The notes beneath the pieces are model-generated. The model saw only the letters and a program-made list of their open reading frames with translations, searched no databases and was not told where the DNA came from. DNA of 64,000 nucleotides. Source: Monocercomonoides exilis PA203 (Eukaryota; Protista; Preaxostyla). Positions 1 through 13,259 of the stretch are shown piece by piece (position 1 is the first letter of the stretch; every line of letters starts with the position of its first letter). The translations under genes were made by a program, and so were the position numbers. Location of the stretch: contig LSRY02000028.1 of assembly GCA_001643675.2 (NCBI GenBank), positions 248,001 to 312,000 of the forward strand. Direction: 5' to 3'.

Positions 1-605
1 ATGAAAAATCTTCGGTTTCTGAATTCCCAACTTCAACTTCAGTTCCTATCAAAACTACAATTTTTCCTGCTTCTGCTTCGACACACGTTGTCCCAGCTTC
101 TGCAATGCCCCGACCAGCAAAGCGAGCATCAGCAGTATCGGCCATCTCCTCTTCTCCGTCGATGGAACAGTCGAAACTGCAGAACAGTTCAACTTTATCA
201 ACAACACTTACAAATCCAATGGATAAAACGTTGGCTGTTATTAAGCCAGCAAGGGATGTATGGGAGAAGCCAACAATTGTTCTTCCGTATCTGAAAGCAA
301 TGGAGAAGAAGAAGAAAGCGAAGCGGAATGCTGAAATGAGAGGGTTTGATGATGAAAGCAGCATGGACGATGAATACAGCGATGAGTCGGATGATGACTC
401 GTCAATTGGAGGAGACGAAGATAGTTCGGAGGAAGATTACATTCAGGAGCTGAAAGAGAAGCAAAGCAGATATCAGGAAATGGAACGAAATGAAGAAAAA
501 GAAAGGCAGGCAAAGAAAAACAGAAGAAAAAGAGTGAAGAAGATGCTGTCACAGACATGGGCAAAGAAAAATGCTGATAAATTAGCTGGAGACAGGTTTG
601 ATTGA
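1..605 (+). CDS. 3' end of a gene; Ser-rich then acidic/charged C-terminal region, function unknown (5' truncated by window edge)
   Basis: ORF 105-605 ends at TGA and is followed by AT-rich intergenic sequence. No recognisable domain. Confidence 0.55.
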   Translation, partial: EKSSVSEFPTSTSVPIKTTIFPASASTHVVPASAMPRPAKRASAVSAISSSPSMEQSKLQNSSTLSTTLTNPMDKTLAVIKPARDVWEKPTIVLPYLKAMEKKKKAKRNAEMRGFDDESSMDDEYSDESDDDSSIGGDEDSSEEDYIQELKEKQSRYQEMERNEEKERQAKKNRRKRVKKMLSQTWAKKNADKLAGDRFD

Positions 606-1008
606 AAAAAAGTAACAAAAATGTGATTAGCAACCCCATATCACTTCGCTTTTAAACATTTCAAATAAATTATAAAGAGCATTCATTTCATAATTAAAAA
701 ATACAGGGAATGTTTTATTGATTCCAGTTTCAAATTTTGATAAATCAGCAAGAAATCTTATCTCATTTGTATTATTTGCCCACAAAAAAATTAAGAAATG
801 AGAAAGTGTTCATACAAAAATCGATAGTAAAGATAAAAGATTCATAAAAACATTAAAGAAACGAAAATCTCACATGAAAAGAAAACGGAGATTTCAATTT
901 TTTAAAAGGAAAGTTATGTCACATTAGTCTAAGATTTACCGAAAGAGTGATCCTGAATAGATCAGATGAAATAAAGCACATGAGAGTGTGTATGTGTGAA
1001 ATGGTAGT

Positions 1009-4000
1009 TTAATCATAATATCTGAACGATATCTCTTCAGCACCATCGGTCAGTCCCTTTCGCGTTGTTGCATCGTCGATGCTCTTCCACTGTGTCTTCC
1101 TCTTCTTTTTCTTCCTTCGAAATGCCTGTGAATACAAATAGCATGCAACTGCTCCAAACAGCAGCAGAATAAAGAAAGGCACCACCAACCCCACCATAAG
1201 CACATTGATGTGTCTATCACCAGCATTATTCTGGTGCAGTATGGTCAGTCGGAGCGTCTCGCCAGCCCACACTCGGCCGCCGTCGCAGGATATGTCCATA
1301 AAGAAGTACAGAGGTGCATCATCGCCCAGATTCAGCACATTCATTACTTGTGGTGTGAGCAAATAGAACTGGTATCGGCTGGTTGCCTCAGTTGGCACTG
1401 CTTCAAGTGTGAAGTTTTTCTCTTTTGGATTTGCATCTTCGTCGTTAGAATCCTTCGGGCGCGTTAAGCGAAGGATCGGATTGAACGGTGTTATGCCTCG
1501 TCCTTCAATCTTCATCTGCGGAAGAAGAGGATAGTCTTCCACATTCACTTCCCGGACGCTGCTCTGCAGAGATGTTGGGGCAGGATACTGGCACGGATAA
1601 ACATCACTCAAACCTTTCGTAAAGGAATTGCATATATCATCGCATAGGAGATTTGGAATACCATCATTTGCCATGTAATTAGATTGAATCTCTTTGAATT
1701 GATCAGAACTTTGTGACATTTTATATTTGCTATCTCTTTCGTTGAATAAAAGTGAACCACTGTTGGACATTTGATTAGAAGTTGTACTGAAGAAGTTCTT
1801 CTGATCGACCCGAAGATAACTGTCTGTGCAAACAGCATCCATTGGCGACGTTTTTGTGAGATAGCGATGCTGGTTGTCGTAAAAGTTGGATTCCTTTACA
1901 TGGACATATCCTCCGTTTTCAACGTGAATGGCACCGTCCATGTTTGTACCGAAATAGCAGCTAGAAAGCCTCATAATTAAAGTCTCTGAAGGAACTACAG
2001 CCGATGATTGTGACGCAGAATTATCTGATTGAATAGAAGAAGGAGAAGAAATTGAAGTTGGGGATGACGATAAGGTTGATGATGATGAATAGGAGGTTGC
2101 CTGCTGAGTGGTGACTGCAGGAAGGGGGGAAGGCCCGTGGAAAAAGATGCCTCCGCCGCACGGTACAGTACGCCACAATTGCGAACTGCTGTTGCTTTGC
2201 CCTTCTCCGCCGCACAAATTGCCTCCAAACATCGTGTCAAGCGCATTGAACCGATAAAGCGACGAGTCATCATCACCTGGAGCCCTATCCGAATATGTGC
2301 TTCTCAACCTGTTTTCTGCCAGATAGGAATTCACTCGATCGGAAAAAGTTGTTTTGTTTTGTCTGTGTATTTGCATTCCATCCTCGTTTGTTGCAGGTGC
2401 TGGCTCTCTGTTGACGTACAATGCACCGCCTTGCTTGGTAGCGCTGTTCATGTTGAAACGGCACTGAGAGAGTGACACATTGAAATGATCATCATTTCCT
2501 TTCCCAAGCGACGCATAGAAGCCTCCTCCACACAAAGCTGAGCAGCTTGTGAAATAAACTTCTTTCAAATAAGTCAAGTGATCTGAGGTAGAATATAATG
2601 GAGAAACAGAGTAAATAATGATATAAAAACATAATTGAAAAAAAAGTTATATATAAATGCAAACATATTGATGGAATGTCATTCTTTGCTTTGCTTGCAG
2701 CCGAATTCTGATTCCCTGATCCAATTTGGAAATACATTCCTCCGCCGAATCCTTTTTCTGCTACGCAGTTGGACAATGTCACATGATCCATCATCATCTC
2801 TACTTTGTCCATCGAGTTGTCGTTCACAATCGACGGAAGCGCAACCACAATAGCTCCTCCGTTCCCATTCAGACTGGTGCATCTGTAGAACGTGCAGGTC
2901 AGAATGTCCAGCTGATACAGCTGGCTGGTCGATGGTCTTGTGGCATCGAAGTAGAACGCACCCCCGCTGCCGCTGATGGTGATGTCCCCAGCTGTCATGT
3001 AGGAGAGAATGGCCCAGTCAGTCTGCGCACAGCTGATCATCCCGCCGTGTGCAGCATCCGTCGTACACTTCATGAACGAAAGGTAGTTGTCAACGGTGCC
3101 TGACATCTTTGCCCCGGTGCAGTTGACCACTGTGATGGCAGACATGTTGACAGGCTTGCCGTCGATGCTGCTCAGTTTGATGTCGGAAATGGTACCTTTA
3201 ATCAGATCAAATGCTTTGTTGAATTGGACGACGCTGTTAGGCTTACCACGGTTATCAAGTGACTGTTTTTGAATGTTTCTATTGCGTTCGTTCATTTGCT
3301 CTGTTTCGTTCACTTTGCAAGACACATAAAAGCAAGCACCATCGACGACTGCATACACTTCATTCACTTTGGCCGATTCGATTCGAACAGGCCGCAGAAA
3401 ATATCCTCCTCCACCTCTTCCCTTTGAGGTGCAATTAGAAAGTTTCAGCGTTGTGAGGTCGATGTTTATCTTGGACTCCACCACGTGCTTCTGCTCGGGA
3501 TCATCCATATCGTAGTCAAGCAACGCCAGCCCGCCTCCATCTGCCTCTGAAACCGAGTTCCGGATGTCCAAGTCAGACTCGCTGTTGAGCACCTTCACCG
3601 TCGCGTCCACAGCCAGTGCTGATCCTTTCGTAGACACCACGTGGTCAATACGAATGCCTGTCAAAGACGCCTCGTTGACGTGGCTCAGTCTGAGTGAAGA
3701 AGATCGTCCGCTTGACTTCCAGTTGTTGATGTAGCTTCGAGACACGTCTCGGTCTGGATACGTCGACGAGTCCCAGTTCACAATAACTGTGCCAATGTGC
3801 TTGAGACTGAACACAGCAGCTGTTGAAACAGCTTCGTTGTCGATGTCTTCTGCAAGATAATTAGGAAATTTGTTTTGCTGATTGGGATTCGAATATTTTT
3901 CAATCAGCCTCCATCTGCTCCAAAAGGAGGCAGCTTCTTTTCCGATGCATTCAACATAGTAGTGCGTGTACTTAAAGTCCACATTGCTCGTTCCCTGCTG

Positions 4001-5813
4001 CGGCTCATCTGCACCATAAGGTGCTTCCCAGCATATGCACCTTCCTTCCTCTTCTGCATCGCACTGACTCATCGACACATCAAAAAGGAACACATTCTCC
4101 ACGCCTTCCCCGAAGAATATTCCGCCTCCTTTCTTTTTCGCCTCTGCGTTTTGTATCCAGATGTGAGAAATATTCACCTCCTTCGTTTTGTCCACAAACA
4201 AACCAGCGCCGTTTCCAGATGAATAGAAAGAAGACACAATGCCAGAGACTTCCGCCTCTTCGTCCCATGAAAATTGTGCCTTGCTGGAATTTGACAGCAC
4301 AATAAGCGATCCCGATGCGACAGACCCGCCTCCGTCGCAGTTGAGGGAGACCACATTCAGCTCTGCAACAGAAAGAACAGATAAGCAGTGGCCTATCTGG
4401 GGAGGAAGTGTTAGAGCTGTTAGTGTGAAAGAAATAGAAGATGTTATGGGTGTTGTGGTTTTTAAATGAGATGGAGAAGTGTGTGTTTGACAGTGAAATG
4501 GCAGAGATTCTGTTGAAGTGACAGAATGGAATTGATGAAGTGAATCGCTCGATGAAGAAGGAGATAAAGAGGAAGACGACTGAATTGAATAATCTTTTAT
4601 CAATGTTGAAAGGGCTGATGAACTGTCCATATTCAGCAGTAATTGCGCTGATGCGCCTGAAGAGTACTTCATTTCAGAATTGATAACTTTAATGCGCGTT
4701 TGCGGCAATCCGCCTGAGACGCTTCCCTGAACAGCACAACAGCTTCTGCTTTCTCCGCATTTGAGACAGCTCAGCTTTGTGCCTTCGATTGTAATGTCGC
4801 TTGCACCGGTGATAACAACAGTCGACTGTGCATACTCTTCCGCGGTTGGCTCTGCAGCATCTTTGCTGCTGTATTCGACATCATTTGATGAATGCTGCAA
4901 CCCACTTTCTTGCCCAAGAAAGGAGTTTATGATAGAAAAAGTACTACAATTTTCTCCTCTAACAACGCAGCCGCTATTTCTTTTAACGTTAATACCATCG
5001 AGCACAACTGTCGAACAGTCAGAAAAAATACCAAATGCAGCGTTTATGATATAAGTGGGTGAAGCAGTGTCAGGTTCAGAGTTCAAAGAATCTGATATTG
5101 TTTTTATTGAAGAAAAAATCGTAGTAGATGCTGAGATGTGTGAGAAAAACTCATTAGACCCATGTGACGGATCAGAAAAAGATTTATCTGGGATAAAATT
5201 CAGTAAATCAACCGAGCAGTCAACAAACGTTAGAGGAGAGATGTTTTCTATTATTATATTTGAGAGGGGAAATATCTTTTTAATTCAAAATATTGTGGAA
5301 AATCATACCTGTGGAATCTATGTTTTTAAAAGTTAGGTTTGTAAGTGTTAATGATTTGCATTTTTCGAAAGAAAATACCCCTTTTTTAACATTTTTAAAG
5401 GTTAGATCTGAAACAGTGAAACTAACATAAAAAGCAATTCAATTTTTTGATGAAAAAGCAAATATTTCTTTGAAAATAGAGAAATACCTTATGGAGTTTG
5501 CAAAATTGAAAAGTGGGTCCAGATTCGATGAATTTGAACAAATTGTCACATTCTTGTTTTTCCCCTTAAAAGAAACACTATTCGAATAAGTGGTAAAATG
5601 CACAGAAGTGCTGATGATTTCTATGTCTGGAATAATATATATTGCAACATTTGATTCTGCATGGTCGAAGGCATATGTTAAAGTCTTGCATTTTTTTCCT
5701 TCGTCACCTTGAAGGCATAAAGAATTGTCTTCCCCAATTTTTGGATCAACTAAAATGTTTTTACCAAAAGTTGTGAATAAAACAAGTAATATAACGGAAA
5801 ATAAAATCATCAT
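1009..5813 (-). CDS. Large type I membrane protein with Pmp-like (GGA/FxxN) beta-helix repeats; multi-exon
   Basis: Signal peptide MMILFSVILLVLF (5439-5813 ORF). Repeated GGGIFF/GGAFYF/GGAIVV/GGGMYF/GGALYV and FxxN-type motifs in ORFs 2492-5086 and 1009-2577. C-terminal TM (LMVGLVVPFFILLLFGAVACYLY) followed by RRKKKKRK. AT-rich introns near 5310-5490 and 2580-2680. Confidence 0.75.
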
Positions 5814-5891
5814 AAAAAATCAAAAAAAATTGTAATATTTTGATCGGAATTTGAATGTATTAATGTTACTTTTGGATCACACAAATTTAAA

Positions 5892-7425
5892 ATGGAATCT
5901 AGTGCTGATCGGCGCTCAAAAGAAAGGTCTTCTTCAGCCTTGATTGAACGTGAAGAAAGGTCTCCGTCTCCTTCATCTTCACCAGACTTCGAAGATTTCT
6001 CAAAACCAAAGAAAGAGAACTTTTTATGGAAGTACAGAATGGTGATACCAAGTTTGTGATTAATTTTATCTTCAATCGCATTTGACATGCACTATTTTTA
6101 TTATGAAGATGGCTTAACGATGGGAAATGCGTTGAGTGGGGTGTTTGCAGGATATTGTGCTGTTCATCACAAACCAATGTGGTGCTCGTTTTTAGTTGTT
6201 CTTGGATTTATATTTGGTACGTATAAGCATCTTTTTATGTTTTTATTTATTGTTTTGGCGGAATTTTTGCAGATGCATTTGATGGACCAGCTGCGCGCCA
6301 TTTGAAATGTAGCGGAGATTTTGGCATGTTCATGGACAGGTAACTTTTTTATTTTTATATTGTAACATAATCATTATTTGATACTTTTTGATAATAGTCT
6401 TGCAGATGTAACAACATTTGGCGTTGCACCAACTCTTGCATTGCTTTCATATTTTGAAGAAACAACAGCTGGCATCGGAATTGTTCTTGGTGTTGTACAT
6501 TTCACTTGCACTGTTGTAAGATTGGCGAAGTTTATGACAGAAGATGGTCCACCTGGAGTATTCCGCGGAATGCCATGCCCATTTGCAGGTGTTTTCAATG
6601 CGGCTGTTTGCGCAGCTGGTTTGGATAAAAAGTGGATCATTGTTGGCTCACTGATTCATTCATTCTATATGATTGACTGGGATACCTTGTATATCAAGCC
6701 ATTCTCTGTAAATGGAAAATTGAAGCTGTCATTTGTGTGGTTCCTCCACTTTTTGGCCCTGTTTTTGGCGTCCAACAGAACACCATTTTCTCATATGCTG
6801 CTTGCCCTTATTCCAGTGTGCTACGGAACAATCCCTGTGCTGGTACGCTTGTACAGATGGATGTTCAAACACGCGAAATCGCCTGGCGAATTTGATTATG
6901 TGATGACGGTGGGTGTGTATGATATGTTCCATCGTGGTCATCTGGAACTGTTCTCGCACATGGCTGTCATGGGAAGGAACGTGTATGTTGCCGTTCACGA
7001 CGAAAAGAGCGTGTATCAGAACAAGAAAGTGCGTGTGACTGACTCGCTCGAAAAGAGAATGAATAACGTCAGCAAATTGAGAAGGGTAAAGAAAGTGTTC
7101 CCTGTTTATACTGGTTTGCTTATTTGTCTGTTTTTTTTGAAATAATAATTATTATTTATGAATGAAATTGTTGAATTTTAAATCTTAAACTTACTTTGAT
7201 GATTTTCTTTTCGCTTTATCAGCTGATCCAACTCCGGCTATTAAAGAGATGCTGGATGCAGTTCCTAAGGGTCAGAGCGTTGCTTATATGCGCGGTGATG
7301 ATTGGATTGAATTCCCCGGGAAGCCGTATCTGGTTGAACATAACATACCAATCATCTACCATCACTACACGGAGGGCGTTTCGTCTTCTCTTCTCAGACT
7401 CGCCCGCCAACGTCATACAATTTAA
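5892..7425 (+). CDS. Fusion of CDP-alcohol phosphatidyltransferase (PssA-like) and HIGH-family cytidylyltransferase (TagD-like); 5 exons
   Basis: Splicing GT-AG introns gives IPNGLTMGNALSG and the signature DAFDGPAARHLKCSGDFGMFMDSLAD (DGxxAR-x8-G-x3-D-x3-D). It continues into VGVYDMFHRGHLELF (HxGH), RGDDW and YTEGVSSSLLR. Stop TAA at 7423-7425. Confidence 0.88.
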
Positions 7426-7977
7426 TTGTCAGTGTTTCTTTTTTTGTTCCTTTGTTCTTTTCGTTTTGTTGTTGTGCAAATTCCTTTCCCTTCAGTTGTC
7501 TTTTGTGTGGTTTATTCCAACAAAAGACGTTTTTTAGAGTCTTTTTATTCTCTTTTTAAAATCATTTTCAAATAGAATGCTTCACTCGTTTTGATACATA
7601 TGGTATTTTTTAAAAGGAAATGTATTTAATATCATTGAGATTTTTATATGCTTTTAGAAAGCCTCAAAAGAAGCAAATAGTTTTCATCTTTCGAAAATAA
7701 GTTGCCCTTTAATGATGAATATAATAGAAGAGTATTTCTAAGAAAATATCTTTCTCTTTTTATAATCTATAATTCAATTCTTTCAGGTTGGAAATCAGTC
7801 TTTTCCAGCTTCTTTTTGTTGAATGGAAATTTGCTTTGCGTAAGCTGAATGTATTGGCAAACTTCTTTTTCAATAAATAGCGTGTTGTAGCACATTTCCC
7901 AATTAATCGCATTTTATCTCTATTCCGTGTGTTGTAAAAAATAAATAAAATAGTCAATTTGCGAATCCTTCTGCATC

Positions 7978-9262
7978 TCAACCTAATTTATTCCCGAAAC
8001 CAGTTGGATGATCGTCCTTCCATTCATCCATCTCCATCTGAGATTGTCTCTTCTCGTCAGAGTCCTCATTGCTATCATAGCCTTCTTCTTCTTCTTCTTC
8101 TTCTTCTTCTTTCCTGGAAAAAATTCAATTTAAATTTGATATTTTTTGGAATCAATTGATTGCAAATGAATTCACACCTTTTTGACTTTAGCTGCAAACT
8201 TTCTTTAGATATTCTTTCAAACTGCCTTTCTGCTTCCATTTGTTGCTCTTGCTCAAGAGAGTAAGTCCAAGTTTTGACAGGCTTAAAAACATTTTCCATC
8301 CTTTCAGCTCTTGTTGCCAAAAATGGTGACAAAGATGATGTGTTGCTCAGAATTTTCCCAGTCGTCCATTGTCCGTGGTTAGATTGCTGAGAATAGCATG
8401 GAGCAGCAATACTTGAGTGTTTAACACAACTCAAATCTTCTTGTATTGTAATGTTGCTTTTTCCAAGCGAGGAGGATAGTTTTGTTCCACTTTGTGTTTT
8501 CCTTGAACAATTTCTTATGGATGCTTCTGATAATTCAGTTGAACTCTTCTCTCTTACTTCCAAAAGGTTTAGCTCTCGTGAAATATTACAAAGTTCTGTA
8601 AGAGCAGAAAGTGCAAATAAATGCAGTTGCAAAATGTTCAATTTTCGTAACTCATTCTCGTCTGAAAAGCTAAGATCAAGATCATCATCAGCGTTTGCTT
8701 TGTTGTGCTTCATTAATTCGGAGATCTGTTTTTCAAGTGTCTTTTCTTCTCCCATTTTTTCGAGTGCCACATCCCTGGATGATGTGATGTGCATGAAATT
8801 TCCTTTTTGAATTTCAGAAAATGCATTCTTTAACAGCAAATTACTTTCAAATTGAGAATAACTGTTGAGAATTAATAGAAATGTTTTATAATAATGTTGT
8901 GCTTCTATCAGAACATTCTTTCGCGTGTGTAGTTTAAATGTGGTTCTTGACACAAGGAATCCTTGTAAAAATGGAATTGAAAGAAGGCGAATATCCATTG
9001 ATGAAACTTCAGATAATTCAAGGGTTTCACGAAGAGTATGGTACAGCCCCAAGGACTCCGTTAAAGTGTTGCATCGTTCAAGTATGTTCAATGCAGTTTT
9101 TATTTCAAAGTCACTAGCAGAATGTGATTTTACTTTTTGATATATCCGAAAGGATCTCGCAAAAAGACAGCCCAGTGGTACTTCATGAGCTTCATCCGTT
9201 ATGTCATGCTTTAACGAACATTCTTCAATTTTTGAATCATCTTCGTGATTCAATAAGCTCAT
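7978..9262 (-). CDS. TAP42: TAP42/alpha4 (IGBP1) family PP2A regulator; 2 exons
   Basis: ORF 8075-9262 contains DIRLLSIPFLQGFL and WTYSLEQ. The spliced last exon reads EMDEWKDDHPTGFGNKLG*, typical of the TAP42 C-terminus. Confidence 0.8.
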
Positions 9263-9783
9263 AAATCATGAACAAATATATATTATAATGGTTCAATAAT
9301 ATTTCACAAAAAAACACAATTATTCTAAATTATATCTCTTTACAAAAGCCTCATGATGAACTGAATTTTAATTTGGTTTTATTTGTGGTTTGAATTATGT
9401 GAAAAAGTCAAAATTTTTATTTTGCACAGAAATATTCAATAAATCACATCATAATTCTATTTATAGTTAGTGCAAATCATGGCGGACACTTTCCATAACT
9501 GTGGACAGTAAACATGTGTTACATGCTGACATTTGACGGGCCAAAAAATTCAACTGACTGACATTGAGCTCAAAAAGAGTTTTTTTAAATATTTCGCATT
9601 TTCATTTATAATGATCAATTTTTTTCAAAAATAAATTAATAATTCATAATTATTATTAATAATAATATAAACATTTTGTGAATTATTAGTATTGACTATT
9701 TTATGGGTTTCTGACACCGAAGTCTATTTCGGATTTTTATGATCTACTGACTGTCAGTGAAGTCAGTGACATTCAGTGTCAAA

Positions 9784-12700
9784 ATGGAAAATATATGTGA
9801 TGGAATTAAAACCAAACTTGTTGATGAGTTGAAAATTTCATTATCAAATTCATTATTGGTTGTTTTTTTTATCCAATTATTTTTTCGATTTTTTGTTGTA
9901 TAATTTTTTTCAGGCTAGAGCCTTTGAAGACAATGTTAAACAGTTAAAGGAAGCGAATGCACAGTTCATAAATATTTCTAAGCATTGTGAAACAAAATTT
10001 GGAACAGGTTTTGCTTTTCTTATTATTTATTTATTTATGATTAACAAATGAATTGAAACAAAATTACTTTGAGTTTACGAGAATCCAGTGAAAAAAAACA
10101 ATTTCATTTCAAAAATAGCGTTCGAAAATTTCAACAATAATCTGTGGATTACATTTGTGAAAGTTGAAAAAGACGGAACACCGAAGAAAGATTTTCACCG
10201 ATATTATCTTTGTCCAGTTTGCAAAGATGGAATCAGCTGTGGAATATGCGGAAGAAAAAGCAGTCCTTCAATTATGAATCACAAATGCGAATTACTAAAA
10301 ACTGACTTTATTACAACTCTATTAAGACAAGCTGCGAGCAAAAATTATTCAATTACTCAACAAAACAATCACATATCTCCATCAATACCTATTCACGAGA
10401 CGTTAGAAACACAATTTGTTTCGATGATCACAAAATGCAATATTTCGTTTTTATCCGCTTCATCAAAAGAATCAAATGAATTTTATTCATCTCTTATTCG
10501 AGCTGGGCAAGCCTATCCTACAGTAAATACAAAATCTGTTTTCCCATATTTAACAAGGAGAAAGGTTTCATATTTAGTTTTGAAAGAAAAAGCAAAAGTG
10601 GAAAAGGAACGAAAAACAAAAATTACGAATTGTGGATTATGTGTAATGGTTGATGGTGCATCTGTAGCTCATAAACAGTGCACAGTTGTAACTGTTTGTC
10701 AATTATCTTTATTATCAACACCTTTTTTTTGGGGAATTTTTCCTCCATGTTACAAAACAGATGATTATTTGGTTTTATTTCAAAAATTCACAAAAGATTT
10801 TTCTTCTTTTAATTCTATTATAAGAAGTTTTTGCACAGATGGGTTGGCGGCACAAAGAAAAGCTATAAATCTTTTTATTCAACAAAGTTTAACTGGATCT
10901 TCCTCTTCTCAAGCGACTCCAACAATAGAACCTGTTTTTATTTACTGCTGCAACCATTTGACGAACTTAGTAATTTCATCATCATTCAGCAAAATAAAGT
11001 TTCTTTCGAAAATAAAATATTCTATTTTGGAATTTTCGGAAAGATCCCATACAAAAACATACAGATCAATTCTGAAGAAGGCCGTTCCTGCTTTTGCTGC
11101 AACAAGATGGCACAGCTTGTTCCAAATATGCTCGTTTGTAAGAAAAAAGTTTGACGTGATCGGAAAAGAAAAGCTGTTGGAATTGGATGAGCTGATTAAT
11201 ATTATGAAAACAGAAGTCATTCTTCATCCATTGTACAAGCTGCACTTGTTTTTTGAGAATGATCATACAAAACTGTGGCAAGTTTTTCCAGCTCTAATTC
11301 AATCAGTGACATTTCTAATAAGTTTATCAAAACATAGCTTATTCAAAGATTTGGAATTTCACAATGCGATTACAAACATTCTTGTTTTATTACATAATTA
11401 TTTTTTCATGGGAACTTATGGTCAAATAATTCCTTTAGCGTTTTCTTTAACTCCCATTGGAATGCAATTGTACAGACTCAAAATGTTCACTCAAAACTTT
11501 ATTAATGCTTCAAATTACCAAGAAAAAGATAAGGAGAAAAATCATACGGAGAATTTAACAATAACAGTAAGTCTGGATGGTGCTTCTGAATTACATTCTC
11601 TATCTTCAGATGCTTCAGACTTTTCTTCTCAAAATTTTGCCTCATTGCAATTATCTCAAAAAGTTTCGACAAACACGCAAAAAGCATATTTATCAACAAA
11701 CTCTGTATTGAATACCGAGGCTCAGTTGTCAGCTTTGTCGCATTTGCAAAATCAAGATAATCATGTTTATAATCATTGTTTAACAATTGACGGGTTTTTC
11801 CAAGCAAAGAATAATATTACATCAAGAGAATCGGAATTAATCAATAAAGAGTGTATAGCAAGTATTTTCAATTTGATACAGAAAATTGAAAATGATCAAT
11901 TTGTTTTTTCTATCGAGAATAATATTATTTTAGGAGAAGAAGAAGCAGAAAGCGATTCAGAAGACGATGAACTTGGATTACTTCTGGCAGAAGAACTTGC
12001 CTCTGATGATATGTTCGAATTTGGATCTTCACGAAATTTTGAATCAGAAACAATTGCGAATGAAACTTCTGATAGAACGGCAGTGCTTTCCTCCTCTTCC
12101 TCCTCCTCTTCGTCGTCGTCTTCGTCTTCTTCTTCGTCTTCTTCTTCATCGGCCTCTGCCTCAGTCTCTGCTTCATCTTCGTCCTCTTCCTCATCCTTGC
12201 TATCGCCAGCTTCATCTTCATCTTCTTCAAATTGTCAACTTTCATGTTTCAACAGCTCTTTCTCGCAAGAGATTAACTCCGAAGTTTCCTCGACATTAAC
12301 ATTTAACGATACAAGTGAGCCACATTCGATTGATTTAGAACTAAGAAATTCATCTTGTGCTTTCGAAGACAATTCTGACGAAAATGATGATGAACAAGAA
12401 ATGGATATCAGCGTGCATGATGAAAATGAAGTTGAACTTCTTTTCTCGACAAGAAAGATTGAATTGTGCAATGAATTATCTTTTGAAAAAGAAATGAAAA
12501 TATTGAAGAACATAGAAAATTACTTAACAGCCGATTGGTATTCACGATTATTTGAAGCTTTCTCGATGTAAACAAGAAAATCAATTCGACACCTGGAAGA
12601 AAAATACATAAATGGATGCTTATTAATTTTTCAAAGGTTTTTGAAATCAAGCCCAGAAAGTGTGATTGAAAAAGACTCAGAAGTTTTTTACAGGGCATTT

Positions 12701-12871
12701 TCCTCCTACGGAGATCTGCAAATGGTTTTCTCAGGACTCTGCTTGACTCTGATTTGTTCTCCTTGCAGCGAAGCAAGTTGCGAACGAATCATATCCAAAA
12801 TGAGATTCATTCTCGGTGATAAACGTTTTCCAATAAGCATTCAGACGCTGGATGCTCTCCTTCGAATATAA
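9784..12871 (+). CDS. hAT transposase, 4 exons, apparently intact
   Basis: Zn-finger-like CPVC..C..C..H. Catalytic motifs CVMVDGAS, SFCTDG, YCCNHLTNL, ATRWHS. hATC dimerisation motif SEASCERIISKM. Introns 9859-9913, about 10008-10088 and 12568-12636 splice in frame. Confidence 0.88.
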
Positions 12872-13259
12872 AGCTTCTCTTTTTTTAATTTAAACAAAAC
12901 AAAAAAAAATCCAAATATTTTCATTCTATGAAATACTTTTAACTTGATTATTCATTTCATCAATTATTCCTGAAACAATACACAAACATTTGGAAATGAA
13001 GTTTGTATTTTTTTTCATAATAATCTTTAATTAATCATATATAAATGAAAAAAAGTTGTTCTTTTGAAAAATTGCAAAGATAGTGCATTAGATGAAGAAG
13101 GTTGAATCAACGAATACAACAACTTAAATGAGTTCACAAATTCATAAACTCTCTTTTTGGTTTTATTTTCCTTATGTTACTATTTTTCTCACATCAAATT
13201 ATTTCCTTTTTGATAGAATAAATCCTTTGAAAAACTGAACATATTCTGGTTAACTCGCA

